A stretch of DNA of 64,000 nt from Alphaproteobacteria bacterium (GCA_009779745.1 WRDR01000002.1:67477-131476), one strand, 5' to 3'. Positions 1-9,509 are shown, numbered from the stretch's first letter. Notes: generated by a model not told the origin, from the sequence alone. A program made the numbers and translations.

Positions 1-19
1 ATATTTAAAAGAAAAACTT

Positions 20-117
20 TAATTGCCCTATTTCTGCCTACGCTTCCACCTTCGCTAAAGCTACGGCGGACAAGAAAGCTACGGCAAGACTTCGCCCGCC
101 TTCGCGGGAATGACAAG
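20..117. repeat. GC-rich short direct repeats (gctacggcggacaag / gctacggcaagac) followed by palindrome cttcgcccgccttcgcgggaatgacaag
   Basis: Direct reading. The 90-117 unit is the reverse-complement relative of tgtcattcccgtgaaggcgggaat at 30762-30787. Confidence 0.5.
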
Positions 118-172
118 ATGGGTAGACAGTAACCAAACCACTACTTAGTCTTCGCCAGTGAAGAGGAATACC

Positions 173-3163
173 TTATTGCCTCATAATAGTAGCCGGATCC
201 TCGTGAGCGTACTCTACCAGCTCTTTTGCCATTTCTGCGATAACAGAGCTGGTTGACGCTTCATTAATGTTTCCTCTGTCCGTATACGCAGCGACTCTGC
301 GCCGCACTTCCTGTCTTGCGGAACCTCCCGGAAAATACTTCGCCAATGTTCTTCTGGCAATAACCGCTCCCAGCTCTTCGTAAAGATGCGTTCTTAAAAG
401 CACGTCCTCTACGGACGTAGACAATGCCCATAATTCAATAGGTCCCAGCGTGTTCACCAGATGCTGCTCGTACCGCCCTTCGTTAGTAGACAGCAGCAAA
501 AGCACGGGAGCTCCTGACGATCTCGGTCCTGTCAGCTTATATCTCATGACCCACTTGGCAGTATCGGACAGTCCGAAAATCTTTCCGGTTTCTTCTATGG
601 CTCTGTCGGAAACTGCGGTTCCGCAAATCCATACGCCCGTAGCCAAATCCACCATATCCTTAGAAAAGTCGTCTAATAACTGAGATGCCAAAACTATCTG
701 AACACCCCATTTTCTTCCTTCTCTTACGTCTCTGATGACCTGCGCTCTCACGGAAGGGCTTCTGCTGGTGCGGTGAAATTCGTCATAGCATATTCTTTTG
801 GGAGTTTCCCTTATGTCTCTAATCCTAGACTCATGATAGTTCCTGTACTTTTCCGGCACGGATCTTAACATATCGGTTCCAAGCCACCACAGCCTCGCCA
901 CAACGTGTCTTGCCAGCATGTACATCGTAGCAGTCTGTCTGTCCGCATTAACATCTCCTTGCGGCGACACGTCTTGCAAGTCCATAGCCACTACTCTGGC
1001 AGCTCCTACGTCAAACTTAGTAATAGACGCCAGTATGGGAAACTCTCTGACTGACGTAGCAATCATACGCTCGAACGCATGTATGATTCCTTCGGAAGAG
1101 GCTCCTATCTGAGTTTCTTCCAAGAGCGCGCGTATCTGAGGTCTCCTTGCGGCAGTGACTGCATCGGACAGTGTAGGCACGGCATGTCTCTGCGCCAGCA
1201 TAGCCTCGTGATACGCTCCTTTTTCAAACAACGCATCTACAACTTCCCACCACAGAGGATCTTCCTGCAGATTAATATTGTACTTTTTTAGAGTCTCATC
1301 TACCTCCGCCTCTACTCTTTGCAGATACGGTCTCGGCTCGGAATTCGCTCCTCCGTCATCGCGCCAGCGGTACATCTCGTCTATGCAAAGCCCAACCAAC
1401 TGCGTCATGCCGTCATATGCTTCTATCTGACCCGCAGGCGTACAAAGCAGCGTAAGCAAATCCGTGAGATAAGACCTTTCTTCAGGCAGCGGGAACCTGC
1501 ACCCCAGCTGAGTGTCAAAAGGATTGACTGCATACTCCGGCGTCATGCGCAGTTTAATATGAACAGCCTCGTATCTTCTTTCCGGAGGCAACGCATCGCG
1601 AATCAGAGAAATCAGCCCGGAAGACGAGGGTCCTATATCCAATATGGCGACATAAGGAAGACTGGACGCTCCGGCAGAAAGAACCGTTCCTAAATTCAGA
1701 GCGTTCATCAGCACGGACTTACCGGCACCGGGCTGTGCAAATATCAAATCAAACCACAAAGAAGTAAGAGAAGTTCCCGACTGATAAGGCCAAGCTCTTC
1801 CGTCTACAGTCCTGAACATCACAGAGCCTTCCGTGTACGGAGAGGAGCCTCTCTGCCAAGGAAAGAGCTTCACAACCTCGTGGAAAGGAGCAACTACCGC
1901 AGGAGCAGTAGAAGCGCACGCAATGCCCAGCGCGGAAGACATCAGCATATCCAATGGATCGCCAGCAGCAGAAGAAGCCTGACAATATCCCCAAGCTTCC
2001 AGCGTCTGAGTCATAGAAGCTATTCTTGTCTCAATGAGCTTTCTGTTGCTGGAAGGAGCATAAGTCGCCATAGATATCCGGAGCTTCACAACCGGCTCTG
2101 CGCGCGCAACTTTGTTCAGTTCCAATATCGTGTTGCGTATGTCTTTATTAACGGCATTGGTAAACCCTAAAACTCCGGCTACAAACGCCTTGAATGCCAT
2201 CCCGTATATTCCGCCGCTCTCTACCAGAAACGATATTCTGAACGGCATATCGCTGTCTATGAGCCTGTCCAGCAGCTGAGTAAACGGCGCAGGCTCGGAA
2301 GGAGCCAGAGTCATATCAAGCCCGCTCCAGAATAAAGGTCCGATGCGCACTATGTTGCTTGCCACAATACCGGCGTCTTCAACGCAAAGCTGCCTTCTTA
2401 TAGGAGGCCACAGAATATCGGAAGCGTCTCTCTCTCCGTGCTGAGGAGCCCGCGGCAGAATAGGATCCCCGGGCAAATTAGCCCTCCAGTCCTTATGCCC
2501 CAAATGAGGAGACAGACTGGCACGTACCGCTGCCAAAGCCTCATGAACATCTATGACAGAGACCTTCATACTTAGCTCTTCCATTGCGCTTGTAACGGAA
2601 GCCACGAAACTCTTGTGTCTGGTTCTCAATACAGGCAGAGCTCTTAGCGGAAACTGTGAATCCGGAGCTCTAATCCATTTTTTCTTGCCTAAATCCTTCT
2701 TAGCTTCCGCAAGTTCTGTTTTCGTAAGAACAGAGGGCCTTGTCCACAGCACAAGATACATATCCTCGTGCGCCATATATCTGGACAGGTTCGTAGCTCT
2801 TTCTTCGATAAGATCGCCAAGCTCCAAATCTTCCGCTTTCATAGCACTGCGGTTGCTGTTCATGACTCCTTCGAGATCCTGACCTATCAAAGAGGGATCT
2901 CTGGCAAAATAGAACTGCATAGCGTAGCCCGGGCGGTCGAACCTAGCTCCCAGCTTAATAGTAGCCTGATCTACAATCCAGTTGTACTCTGTCTCGCCGA
3001 CAATGACTCTGGAGCCGTGGTTTTTAACGAAAGTTATGAGAGAGCCGTCCGCTGCCACCAAAGTAGTTTCGTCATCTGCGGTTTCGAGCTGAATAAAAGA
3101 TTCGACGGGCTGATGCAAACCAGTCATCAAAGAGGCTACAGCTTCATCAAAAATTTCGAACAT
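173..3163 (-). CDS. Type IV secretion/conjugation ATPase, VirB4/TraC/TrbE family. The 996-aa length fits the long DotO(IcmB)/TraU-like class.
   Basis: Walker A FAQPGAGKS. Walker-B-like ICYDEFH. VirB4 signature REGRKWGVQIVLASQ (RK...[AS]TQ-type motif D). 996 aa. By eye, GC is higher than in flanking genes. Confidence 0.7.
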   Translation of the reverse strand: MFEIFDEAVASLMTGLHQPVESFIQLETADDETTLVAADGSLITFVKNHGSRVIVGETEYNWIVDQATIKLGARFDRPGYAMQFYFARDPSLIGQDLEGVMNSNRSAMKAEDLELGDLIEERATNLSRYMAHEDMYLVLWTRPSVLTKTELAEAKKDLGKKKWIRAPDSQFPLRALPVLRTRHKSFVASVTSAMEELSMKVSVIDVHEALAAVRASLSPHLGHKDWRANLPGDPILPRAPQHGERDASDILWPPIRRQLCVEDAGIVASNIVRIGPLFWSGLDMTLAPSEPAPFTQLLDRLIDSDMPFRISFLVESGGIYGMAFKAFVAGVLGFTNAVNKDIRNTILELNKVARAEPVVKLRISMATYAPSSNRKLIETRIASMTQTLEAWGYCQASSAAGDPLDMLMSSALGIACASTAPAVVAPFHEVVKLFPWQRGSSPYTEGSVMFRTVDGRAWPYQSGTSLTSLWFDLIFAQPGAGKSVLMNALNLGTVLSAGASSLPYVAILDIGPSSSGLISLIRDALPPERRYEAVHIKLRMTPEYAVNPFDTQLGCRFPLPEERSYLTDLLTLLCTPAGQIEAYDGMTQLVGLCIDEMYRWRDDGGANSEPRPYLQRVEAEVDETLKKYNINLQEDPLWWEVVDALFEKGAYHEAMLAQRHAVPTLSDAVTAARRPQIRALLEETQIGASSEGIIHAFERMIATSVREFPILASITKFDVGAARVVAMDLQDVSPQGDVNADRQTATMYMLARHVVARLWWLGTDMLRSVPEKYRNYHESRIRDIRETPKRICYDEFHRTSRSPSVRAQVIRDVREGRKWGVQIVLASQLLDDFSKDMVDLATGVWICGTAVSDRAIEETGKIFGLSDTAKWVMRYKLTGPRSSGAPVLLLLSTNEGRYEQHLVNTLGPIELWALSTSVEDVLLRTHLYEELGAVIARRTLAKYFPGGSARQEVRRRVAAYTDRGNINEASTSSVIAEMAKELVEYAHEDPATIMRQ

Positions 3164-3226
3164 TTTCCAACGCTATCTTACAGTTAAGGCATACACTTTT
3201 AGGAATACGACTTAATAGTTAAGATA

Positions 3227-3262
3227 ATGTGAAATGTGGAGTGTGGAGTGTGAAATTGGGAA
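3227..3262. repeat. Purine-tract half element (gtgaaatgtggagtgtggagtgtgaaattggg) in the divergent promoter region
   Basis: Same GTGGAGTG unit as the hairpin repeats at 14189, 17311, 21552, 24098 and 56075. No complementary arm is present here. Confidence 0.5.
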
Positions 3263-3312
3263 TATTAAAAAAATAATATTTATTTAGTAAAATTTATATA
3301 CTATAATGTGTT

Positions 3313-4191
3313 ATGTCTAAGAATTCGGGAAAAAATCTGCAAAACAACTTATCAAGGCGGCAGTTTGTCAAGACTTCCGCCTGCGCAGTCTGTTTTGCGC
3401 TTGCAGCCTCCGCTTTCAGCTTTAAGGCTTTTGCCAGTACGGCGGTAACGGCTAAAGTAAAGCCTCCTGTGCCTAAAAGCGTGCCGTTTCCGGTAAGAAA
3501 GCCCATACCTCCAAAGTACATCGTCATAGACGCAGGACACGGCGGCAAAGATCCCGGAGCTATCGGAGTAAAAGGCACTCATGAAAAAATCGTAACTCTG
3601 GATATTTCCAAAAAAATAGCCTCTATATTGGAAAAACAGGACTCTTTTGTTGTCAAGCTGACTCGCGATAACGATACGTACCTGTCGCTCAAAGACCGAG
3701 TCCAAATCGCAAGGAGCTATAATGCCGATTTGTTCATCTCTATACATGCAGACTCCGCGCCCAATAAGAAGGCAAGCGGGCTGTCTATATATACCCTTTC
3801 CGAAGAGGCATCTGACGACTTCGCCAAAAAACTGGCAGAGACGGAAAACAGGGCTGATGTTATTGAAAATATTCTGGGTCTTCAATTAGAAAACAAAAAT
3901 GTATCGTCTATACTGATGGATATGACTGCGAAGCACACCAGAAACACAGCAAAGCAGGCTAAGATGTCTATTATACAATCCCTGAACAAAAAATGGGATC
4001 TGTTTGATTCCCCTGCTAAGTCCGCTAATTTCGCAGTTCTCAGAGCACCCGAGATACCCTCTATTCTCATAGAAACCGGCTTTCTGTCCAACATAAAAGA
4101 CGAACAGATTCTGACTCAGGCTGCTCAGAGAAAAAAAATAGCAGAGCTTCTGGCGCAGAGTGTTATGAATATTCCTGTTTTGAAGGTGTGA
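3313..4191 (+). CDS. amiC: N-acetylmuramoyl-L-alanine amidase (Amidase_3, AmiC-like) with a twin-arginine signal peptide
   Basis: N-terminal SRRQFVKTSA Tat motif. IDAGHGGKDPGA Amidase_3 signature. C-terminal ETGFLSN block. Confidence 0.8.
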   Translation: MSKNSGKNLQNNLSRRQFVKTSACAVCFALAASAFSFKAFASTAVTAKVKPPVPKSVPFPVRKPIPPKYIVIDAGHGGKDPGAIGVKGTHEKIVTLDISKKIASILEKQDSFVVKLTRDNDTYLSLKDRVQIARSYNADLFISIHADSAPNKKASGLSIYTLSEEASDDFAKKLAETENRADVIENILGLQLENKNVSSILMDMTAKHTRNTAKQAKMSIIQSLNKKWDLFDSPAKSANFAVLRAPEIPSILIETGFLSNIKDEQILTQAAQRKKIAELLAQSVMNIPVLKV

Positions 4192-4196
4192 AATAT

Positions 4197-6779
4197 TTAC
4201 CTACCAATAACCCGTATACCGTCAGCAACAAAGCCGTCTCCGCCTTCTAAGAAAAGGTTATAAACCGTACTCTTGCCTGCTTTCGGCTCGATAGTTTTTA
4301 CTTCTTCTATCTTACCGTCAGCTTTCACGAGTTTATCTCCAACCTTTATCTCACCGGCTCGGACAAGCTTACCGTCTGATAATAAAACAGGGTGAGCAGA
4401 AGTAATCTCCAGATTGTTGATTCTCATATACTCCATGTCTCCGGTTATAGTCATTTTTTTAACTTTAGCCGGTTTGAGGGCAGCTTTTGGTTCTGATAAG
4501 TTAAAGCCCATCACCATGTCTCTGTCCCTTACATCAACGATAGCTTTAACGGAACCGTCCGCCATTGCAATCTGAGCTTTTGAAGGCAGGCAGACATGGA
4601 TAACAGGAGTACTCAAACAGTCCAAGTCTTTCTCAGAAATAATAGTGCCAAGGATACCTTTCTCTTTAACCTCTTTACGTACTCTATTCAGGTCGCTCCT
4701 CTTGAAAAACATATAGGCACTGCTACTACCTCTCCCTTGCTGGGCTTCCTGGTGGGTCGAGTAGTACCCGTCTTCAGAAGTACCTATATAACTCTGTCCT
4801 AGTCTAATCCCGTATGCAGCAAGATTGTTAGCGATTTCCTCCCACCTAAAACGATCACATGTGCTTACACACGGAGTAGGATTAGTACATGTCCGCTGAA
4901 AAACGCACTTTCCTTTATCGTCTTTATGTATATTTCCTTCAGGGTTTATTGGCTCCGGTATATACATGTCCGGATTATCCTTTACACACGTTTCACAATC
5001 TTCAAAAACACCTGTAGACCGCATACACTGACGAGTGGCTGTTATTGTTATTGACGATTGACAGGCTAACTTAGGACATTTAATAGTGCCGTCCCAATAT
5101 CCTTGTATTTCAGTATCTTCCGGACCAACAATTTTTCTTTCACAAGAATCCGTTCTCTCTTTCACGTTCATATTCTTATACCAGATATCCGCAGTCGGAC
5201 TGGAGACTATTGTCGACATACCAGACAAATTGCCGCTTTGAGCAGCATCTATAAAGGATATTAACTCTTTATTTGTTCTTGCAGGTACTAAAAATGTCTT
5301 GCAGCCTCCGGTACCCGTGCTGCCGCCGCCGCTTATAAACTCCTTAATCTTGTCGTCCAGAGCAGATAAATCACAGTTGTCAGCATTAGTGGTGTTATAT
5401 ACATCCTTGCAATAAAAGGTTCCGTCCTCAGCCGTAAATTCAAACGCCATAGCCCCGGACACATCATAAAAATCACCCGGATAAACAGGCGCACCTTTCT
5501 TAACGGTGCTGCTGAGATCTTCTAAAAATCTTCCGTCTGCCGGATAAGACACTTGTGTATGCTGGGTATTATTCGTACCTCTCCACGGGCATATATCCTC
5601 ATTCTTTGGATTAGTACAATCAGCGGTAGGCTCATCAACAAAAGTTATCCCCTCTTGAGGAACCCAAGGAAAACGCCAATACGTCATACGAGCTGCTCCG
5701 GTACTTCCAACAACAGGAAAAGCGTCCGGCAAAAATAAATCCACAAAGACATAATCATCGTCAACTTCGCCGTACTGATAGTATTTTATACAGGTTTGTC
5801 TTCCATAAAAACCGTCCCAAATCAAACGTTCTTCAGGAGAACACTCCTGAAGCACGGTTTCAATACGGAGTACGGGTCTGCTGCTGTGCATTTGTTTAGA
5901 AGGTCTCTTATAGCCTGGCATCATCGGCGGCATTTTTTCACAAAGAGCACCAGACAAGTTAATCCTCTCGTTTGATTCCCTAGCCTTTTCCTTAGCTTTC
6001 ATAGCCTCAAAAGCTTCCGAAACACAGGTATCGTTTATTATAGCATCTACTTCTTTACGTTTAAGTTCTTCATAAAACTGTTTTGCATAGGGCTCGAATA
6101 TTATATCGCCTGCGGTTTCTTTTATATAATCTTCCACTGTCACAAAACGCCAATCGGAAACAAATATATTTTCGTTCTCTATATTATGTTTACGGTCAAA
6201 TAACCGCAAATCACTACTGAAGACCTGCAAATATCTCCAAGGACATTCATCTACAGAGCAAGGCACTCCCTCACCTCCTTGAGATAGAAACTCTTTTATC
6301 TTTTCTTCCATAGCGTATATATAACAGCCTCCTTCAACAGGAGCATGATCATCACAGTTATGCTCCGTGTCGCCTGTATAATACAATGCAGCAAGCGGAC
6401 TAAGCAGCCAAAGTCCGCAGAAATCCTTGTCATTTTCTGTTATACAAAGCTTTTCCGGACAAACTGCACTGTTACGATACGGCAGGTAGTATCGTGATAT
6501 ATCGCCAACATAAGCTGATCTGCCTTCTCCTTTATAATCAACAGCATACATTAAAATATCATTGTGGTTTAGATTTCCCGTACATGTAACAGAATTATTA
6601 GCCCCTTCTTTAATCGTATGCATTTCAGCAGGAATTTTTTCGTCCGGCAGTCTTCCCCAAGCCGCTTGCCAGTCGAAGGGAACAGCAATATTTGTGCTTG
6701 CCGCAAAGGCATTCGGAGCAAAAAACAATCCGGTAACAAAGACTGCCGCAGTAAGGAATTTACCAAAATACCGTGTCAT
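4197..6779 (-). CDS. Secreted cysteine-rich 860-aa protein with a C-terminal Hint (Hedgehog/intein-like) autoprocessing domain
   Basis: Sec signal peptide (...FAPNAFA/AST). More than 35 Cys in the N-terminal ~720 aa. Internal repeat EEKIKEFLSQGGEG / DDKIKEFISGGGSTG. C-terminal Hint blocks: CLPSKAQIAMADGSVKAI, TSAHPVLL (TxxH), VYNLFLEGGDGFVADGIRV. No terminal HN and no C-extein. Confidence 0.75.
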   Translation of the reverse strand: MTRYFGKFLTAAVFVTGLFFAPNAFAASTNIAVPFDWQAAWGRLPDEKIPAEMHTIKEGANNSVTCTGNLNHNDILMYAVDYKGEGRSAYVGDISRYYLPYRNSAVCPEKLCITENDKDFCGLWLLSPLAALYYTGDTEHNCDDHAPVEGGCYIYAMEEKIKEFLSQGGEGVPCSVDECPWRYLQVFSSDLRLFDRKHNIENENIFVSDWRFVTVEDYIKETAGDIIFEPYAKQFYEELKRKEVDAIINDTCVSEAFEAMKAKEKARESNERINLSGALCEKMPPMMPGYKRPSKQMHSSRPVLRIETVLQECSPEERLIWDGFYGRQTCIKYYQYGEVDDDYVFVDLFLPDAFPVVGSTGAARMTYWRFPWVPQEGITFVDEPTADCTNPKNEDICPWRGTNNTQHTQVSYPADGRFLEDLSSTVKKGAPVYPGDFYDVSGAMAFEFTAEDGTFYCKDVYNTTNADNCDLSALDDKIKEFISGGGSTGTGGCKTFLVPARTNKELISFIDAAQSGNLSGMSTIVSSPTADIWYKNMNVKERTDSCERKIVGPEDTEIQGYWDGTIKCPKLACQSSITITATRQCMRSTGVFEDCETCVKDNPDMYIPEPINPEGNIHKDDKGKCVFQRTCTNPTPCVSTCDRFRWEEIANNLAAYGIRLGQSYIGTSEDGYYSTHQEAQQGRGSSSAYMFFKRSDLNRVRKEVKEKGILGTIISEKDLDCLSTPVIHVCLPSKAQIAMADGSVKAIVDVRDRDMVMGFNLSEPKAALKPAKVKKMTITGDMEYMRINNLEITSAHPVLLSDGKLVRAGEIKVGDKLVKADGKIEEVKTIEPKAGKSTVYNLFLEGGDGFVADGIRVIGR

Positions 6780-6819
6780 TTTTGACTCCCTAAATTTAAT
6801 AAATGCTTATGACTAAATT

Positions 6820-7125
6820 TTGCATATTCGGGTATTATATCCCGTGGTGTTATATAAGTCAATAAGCAATAATTTGCAGATGGCGAAACCTTCTGCAAAA
6901 CATGCGGGCAATCCTGCGCTGATAAGAATAGGAAAGACTATCCGCAAAATTCGTGCGGACAGAAAAATCTCGCAGGAAGCGTTGGCCTATGAAGCCGGTA
7001 TTGACCGCTCTTACATGGGCGGCATTGAGAGAGGCGAGCATAACATCACTATTATAAACCTGATGAAGGTAGCCTCGCAGCTTGATATTAAATTGAGCAA
7101 ACTGTTAGAGAAAGCTGATTTGTAG
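6820..7125 (+). CDS. XRE-family HTH transcriptional regulator, C-protein-like. The likely true start is ATG at 6880 (MAKPSAK...).
   Basis: IGKTIRKIRADRKISQEALAYEAGIDRSYMGGIERGEHNITIINLMKVASQLDIKLSKL matches HTH_XRE and restriction-modification controller-type proteins. Confidence 0.7.
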   Translation: MHIRVLYPVVLYKSISNNLQMAKPSAKHAGNPALIRIGKTIRKIRADRKISQEALAYEAGIDRSYMGGIERGEHNITIINLMKVASQLDIKLSKLLEKADL

Positions 7126-7194
7126 AACTATTCCGCCCAAAGCAGCCTCCAATTCTACTTTTTATCTTTTTGATATAGGCTCTGTTTTTCTCTG

Positions 7195-7204
7195 CCGAAA
7201 AAAA
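7195..7204. repeat. Left target-site duplication ccgaaaaaaa of the IS
   Basis: An identical 10-mer directly flanks the other IS end at 8489-8498. Confidence 0.6.
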
Positions 7205-8488
7205 CACTGTCAAACCACAAGTTAAAATGAGACACTTTCGCCAAAAGTTAAAATGAGACTGGAGGGTTAATAAGAGAGAAGCAAGCAACTAAACTGTCAC
7301 CTAAAAAGGTGACGAATATGAATAAAAAAGACTTATATACACGGTTGACAACAATAGAAAGGCTTGCTTCAGGCACAATTTCTGTTTTTTTGCAATGTCC
7401 GTGCTTAACCTGAGCAAAAGCCAAACTTTTAAGCTGTTAAAACAATACCGAGAACACGGCTTACAAAGCATTAAACACGGACTATGTAACCGTCTGTCAA
7501 ACAATCAAGGCAATTCGTCTGTGAAAGAGCAAGTGCTCGGGTTAATACGCAGCAAATATTATGATTTTGGACCTACGCTTGCCAGCGAACACTTGCTTGA
7601 AGAAGAAGGCATACAAGTTCATCCGGAAACGCTGCGCATATGGATGAAACAAGCAGGATTGGCACATAAAACACGCAAGCGCAAGCCATATCGCCAGCGC
7701 AGGGATCGCAAAGAATGCTTTGGCAAGATGCTGCAGATTGACGGCAGTTTTCATCATTGGTTCGGGGTGGATAAACCAAAAGCCTGTTTGTTAAACTTGA
7801 TTGATGATGCGACTTCACACAATTTGTGTCTGTTTGATCATGAAGAAACATCGTATACTGCCTGTATAGTTCTTTGGCAATGGATACAAAAATACGGCAT
7901 TCCGCAAAGCATTTATTGTGACAGAAGAAATGCCTATATTTCCAGCGAACTATCAGAAAGCTCGGGCTTCTTCGGACAAATGTGTAAAAGATTGAGAATA
8001 CAGATTATTCCGGCTTTCTCAGCGCAAGCAAAAGGACGGGTTGAACGCTCAAATCAGACGCATCAAGACAGGCTTGTTCCCAAGATGAGGCTGCACAACA
8101 TAACAACAATAGAAGCGGCAAACCAATATTTGCAAAGACATTATCTGCATTATCACAACAGCAGGTTTGCAAAACAATCTGCGAGTTTTGAAGATGTTCA
8201 TAGCAAATTGCCTCAACACACAAAACTGGATGACATTTGTTATTTGGAAGAAACAAGAAAAGTTAACAACGACTGGACTATAAAGTTCAGAGGAAGAACC
8301 TTGCAGATTACACGGAAAAACTATTGTCCCGCTAAATCTGCTGTAATGGTACGATACTCTATAAACGGTCATACGGATATTTACTATAAAAACGAACATC
8401 TCAGCTATATTACGCTGAACTCATAACCTCAGAGTCTCATTTTAACTTTTGGCGAAAGTGTCTCATTTTAACTTGTGGTTTGACACTG
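7205..8488. mobile_element. Complete insertion sequence (~1.28 kb) with ~54-bp terminal inverted repeats and one DDE-transposase gene. IS481-like; the family assignment is tentative.
   Basis: Left end cactgtcaaaccacaagttaaaatgagacactttcgccaaaagttaaaatgagact. Right end is its reverse complement (agtctcattttaacttttggcgaaagtgtctcattttaacttgtggtttgacactg), 53/53 identical from tgtcaaacc. 10-bp direct repeats flank both ends. Confidence 0.85.
7395..8426 (+). CDS. IS transposase (rve/DDE integrase-core type with N-terminal HTH)
   Basis: N-terminal HTH LSKSQTFKLLKQYREHGLQSIKHG. Central D...D...E-type catalytic region (QIDGSFHHW, IYCDRRNAY, RVERSNQTHQD). Lies between the TIRs. Confidence 0.75.
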   Translation: MSVLNLSKSQTFKLLKQYREHGLQSIKHGLCNRLSNNQGNSSVKEQVLGLIRSKYYDFGPTLASEHLLEEEGIQVHPETLRIWMKQAGLAHKTRKRKPYRQRRDRKECFGKMLQIDGSFHHWFGVDKPKACLLNLIDDATSHNLCLFDHEETSYTACIVLWQWIQKYGIPQSIYCDRRNAYISSELSESSGFFGQMCKRLRIQIIPAFSAQAKGRVERSNQTHQDRLVPKMRLHNITTIEAANQYLQRHYLHYHNSRFAKQSASFEDVHSKLPQHTKLDDICYLEETRKVNNDWTIKFRGRTLQITRKNYCPAKSAVMVRYSINGHTDIYYKNEHLSYITLNS

Positions 8489-8498
8489 CCGAAAAAAA
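8489..8498. repeat. Right target-site duplication ccgaaaaaaa
   Basis: Matches 7195-7204. Confidence 0.6.
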
Positions 8499-8570
8499 TG
8501 CTTGAAATCTTGTTAATAAAGTGTTAACCATAGGCCTGTCTTTAAAATCGTTATCGGAGCCTTTGTAAAC

Positions 8571-9509
8571 ATGAACTCTCGTTCTTCTGTCGTCATAAAA
8601 AAATATGCCAACCGCCGCCTGTACAACACTGCTACAAGCAGTTACGTTACTTTGAGCTCCCTATCCGAGATGATTAAAGACGGCACCGAGTTCAATGTTT
8701 ATGACGCTAAGTCCAATGAAGATATTACCCGCTCTGTCTTGGCTCAGATAATGGTCGAAGAAGAGAGCAAACCCGGTCAGAACCTGCTCCCAAGCAGTTT
8801 CCTTCGCCACCTTATAAGTTTTTATGGAGATAGTATGCAGTGGATCGTACCTAAGTATCTGGAACAAAGCCTTCAGCTCCTCATTAAAAATCAAGAGCAA
8901 ATCCGCGATTATATGCGCTCTTTTGACTCGGTCATGCCGTTTAATTCCATCTTCGAACAGATGAGCAAACAGAACATGGCTATTTTCGAAAGTGCTATGA
9001 AAATGTTTGATCCGGTAGCTCAATCTAAAGACGGTAACGCTTTCTCTCCTTTCAACATGATGATGTATGTTGCTAGTTCTCAAAAGCCAGCCAGTTCTTC
9101 CGTCTCCGGAAAATCAACTGCCGACGGGTCTTCCAAAGCGTCCGGTGCTGTTTCTGTTGCTAAGCCGCACTCCGTTGCTGTTCAGCAGCCTTCTGCTCCT
9201 AAGCCTCCCAAGGGGCTTTCCACTGCATCGGGACACAAGGAAGAGATAGACCACAAGAGCCTCCATGCGGATATATATAACAAGCCTGTTGCTAAAACAG
9301 ACTCCGAACCGGTTATAAAGGCAGAAGAAACAGCTTCTGATGATTCAGACGTTACCGCTGCTTCACAGCTCAAAAAAAAACTTCAAGAAATTCCAACGCC
9401 GGAAACAAAAAAAACCGTAGTTCAAAATCAAGTTTCGGGCACTGATATTCAGAATAAAATAGCTGCTTTGCAAAAACAGCTCTCTGATCTGGCTCGCAAC
9501 AGAGCGTAA
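8571..9509 (+). CDS. phaR: Polyhydroxyalkanoate synthesis repressor PhaR with a low-complexity C-terminal extension
   Basis: N-terminal IKKYANRRLYNTATSSYVTLSSLSEMIKDGTEFNVYDAKSNEDITRSVLAQIM is the PhaR signature. Confidence 0.8.
   Translation: MNSRSSVVIKKYANRRLYNTATSSYVTLSSLSEMIKDGTEFNVYDAKSNEDITRSVLAQIMVEEESKPGQNLLPSSFLRHLISFYGDSMQWIVPKYLEQSLQLLIKNQEQIRDYMRSFDSVMPFNSIFEQMSKQNMAIFESAMKMFDPVAQSKDGNAFSPFNMMMYVASSQKPASSSVSGKSTADGSSKASGAVSVAKPHSVAVQQPSAPKPPKGLSTASGHKEEIDHKSLHADIYNKPVAKTDSEPVIKAEETASDDSDVTAASQLKKKLQEIPTPETKKTVVQNQVSGTDIQNKIAALQKQLSDLARNRA

Noticed and set aside
3294-3578. 94-aa minus-strand ORF overlapping the amidase start
   Set aside because: Overlaps the Tat signal region of a well-supported gene. 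No RBS or motif support.
4197-6779. Possible intein within the Hint protein
   Set aside because: The Hint domain is C-terminal with no C-extein and no terminal His-Asn, so it cannot splice. It is interpreted as a Hog-type autoprocessing domain.
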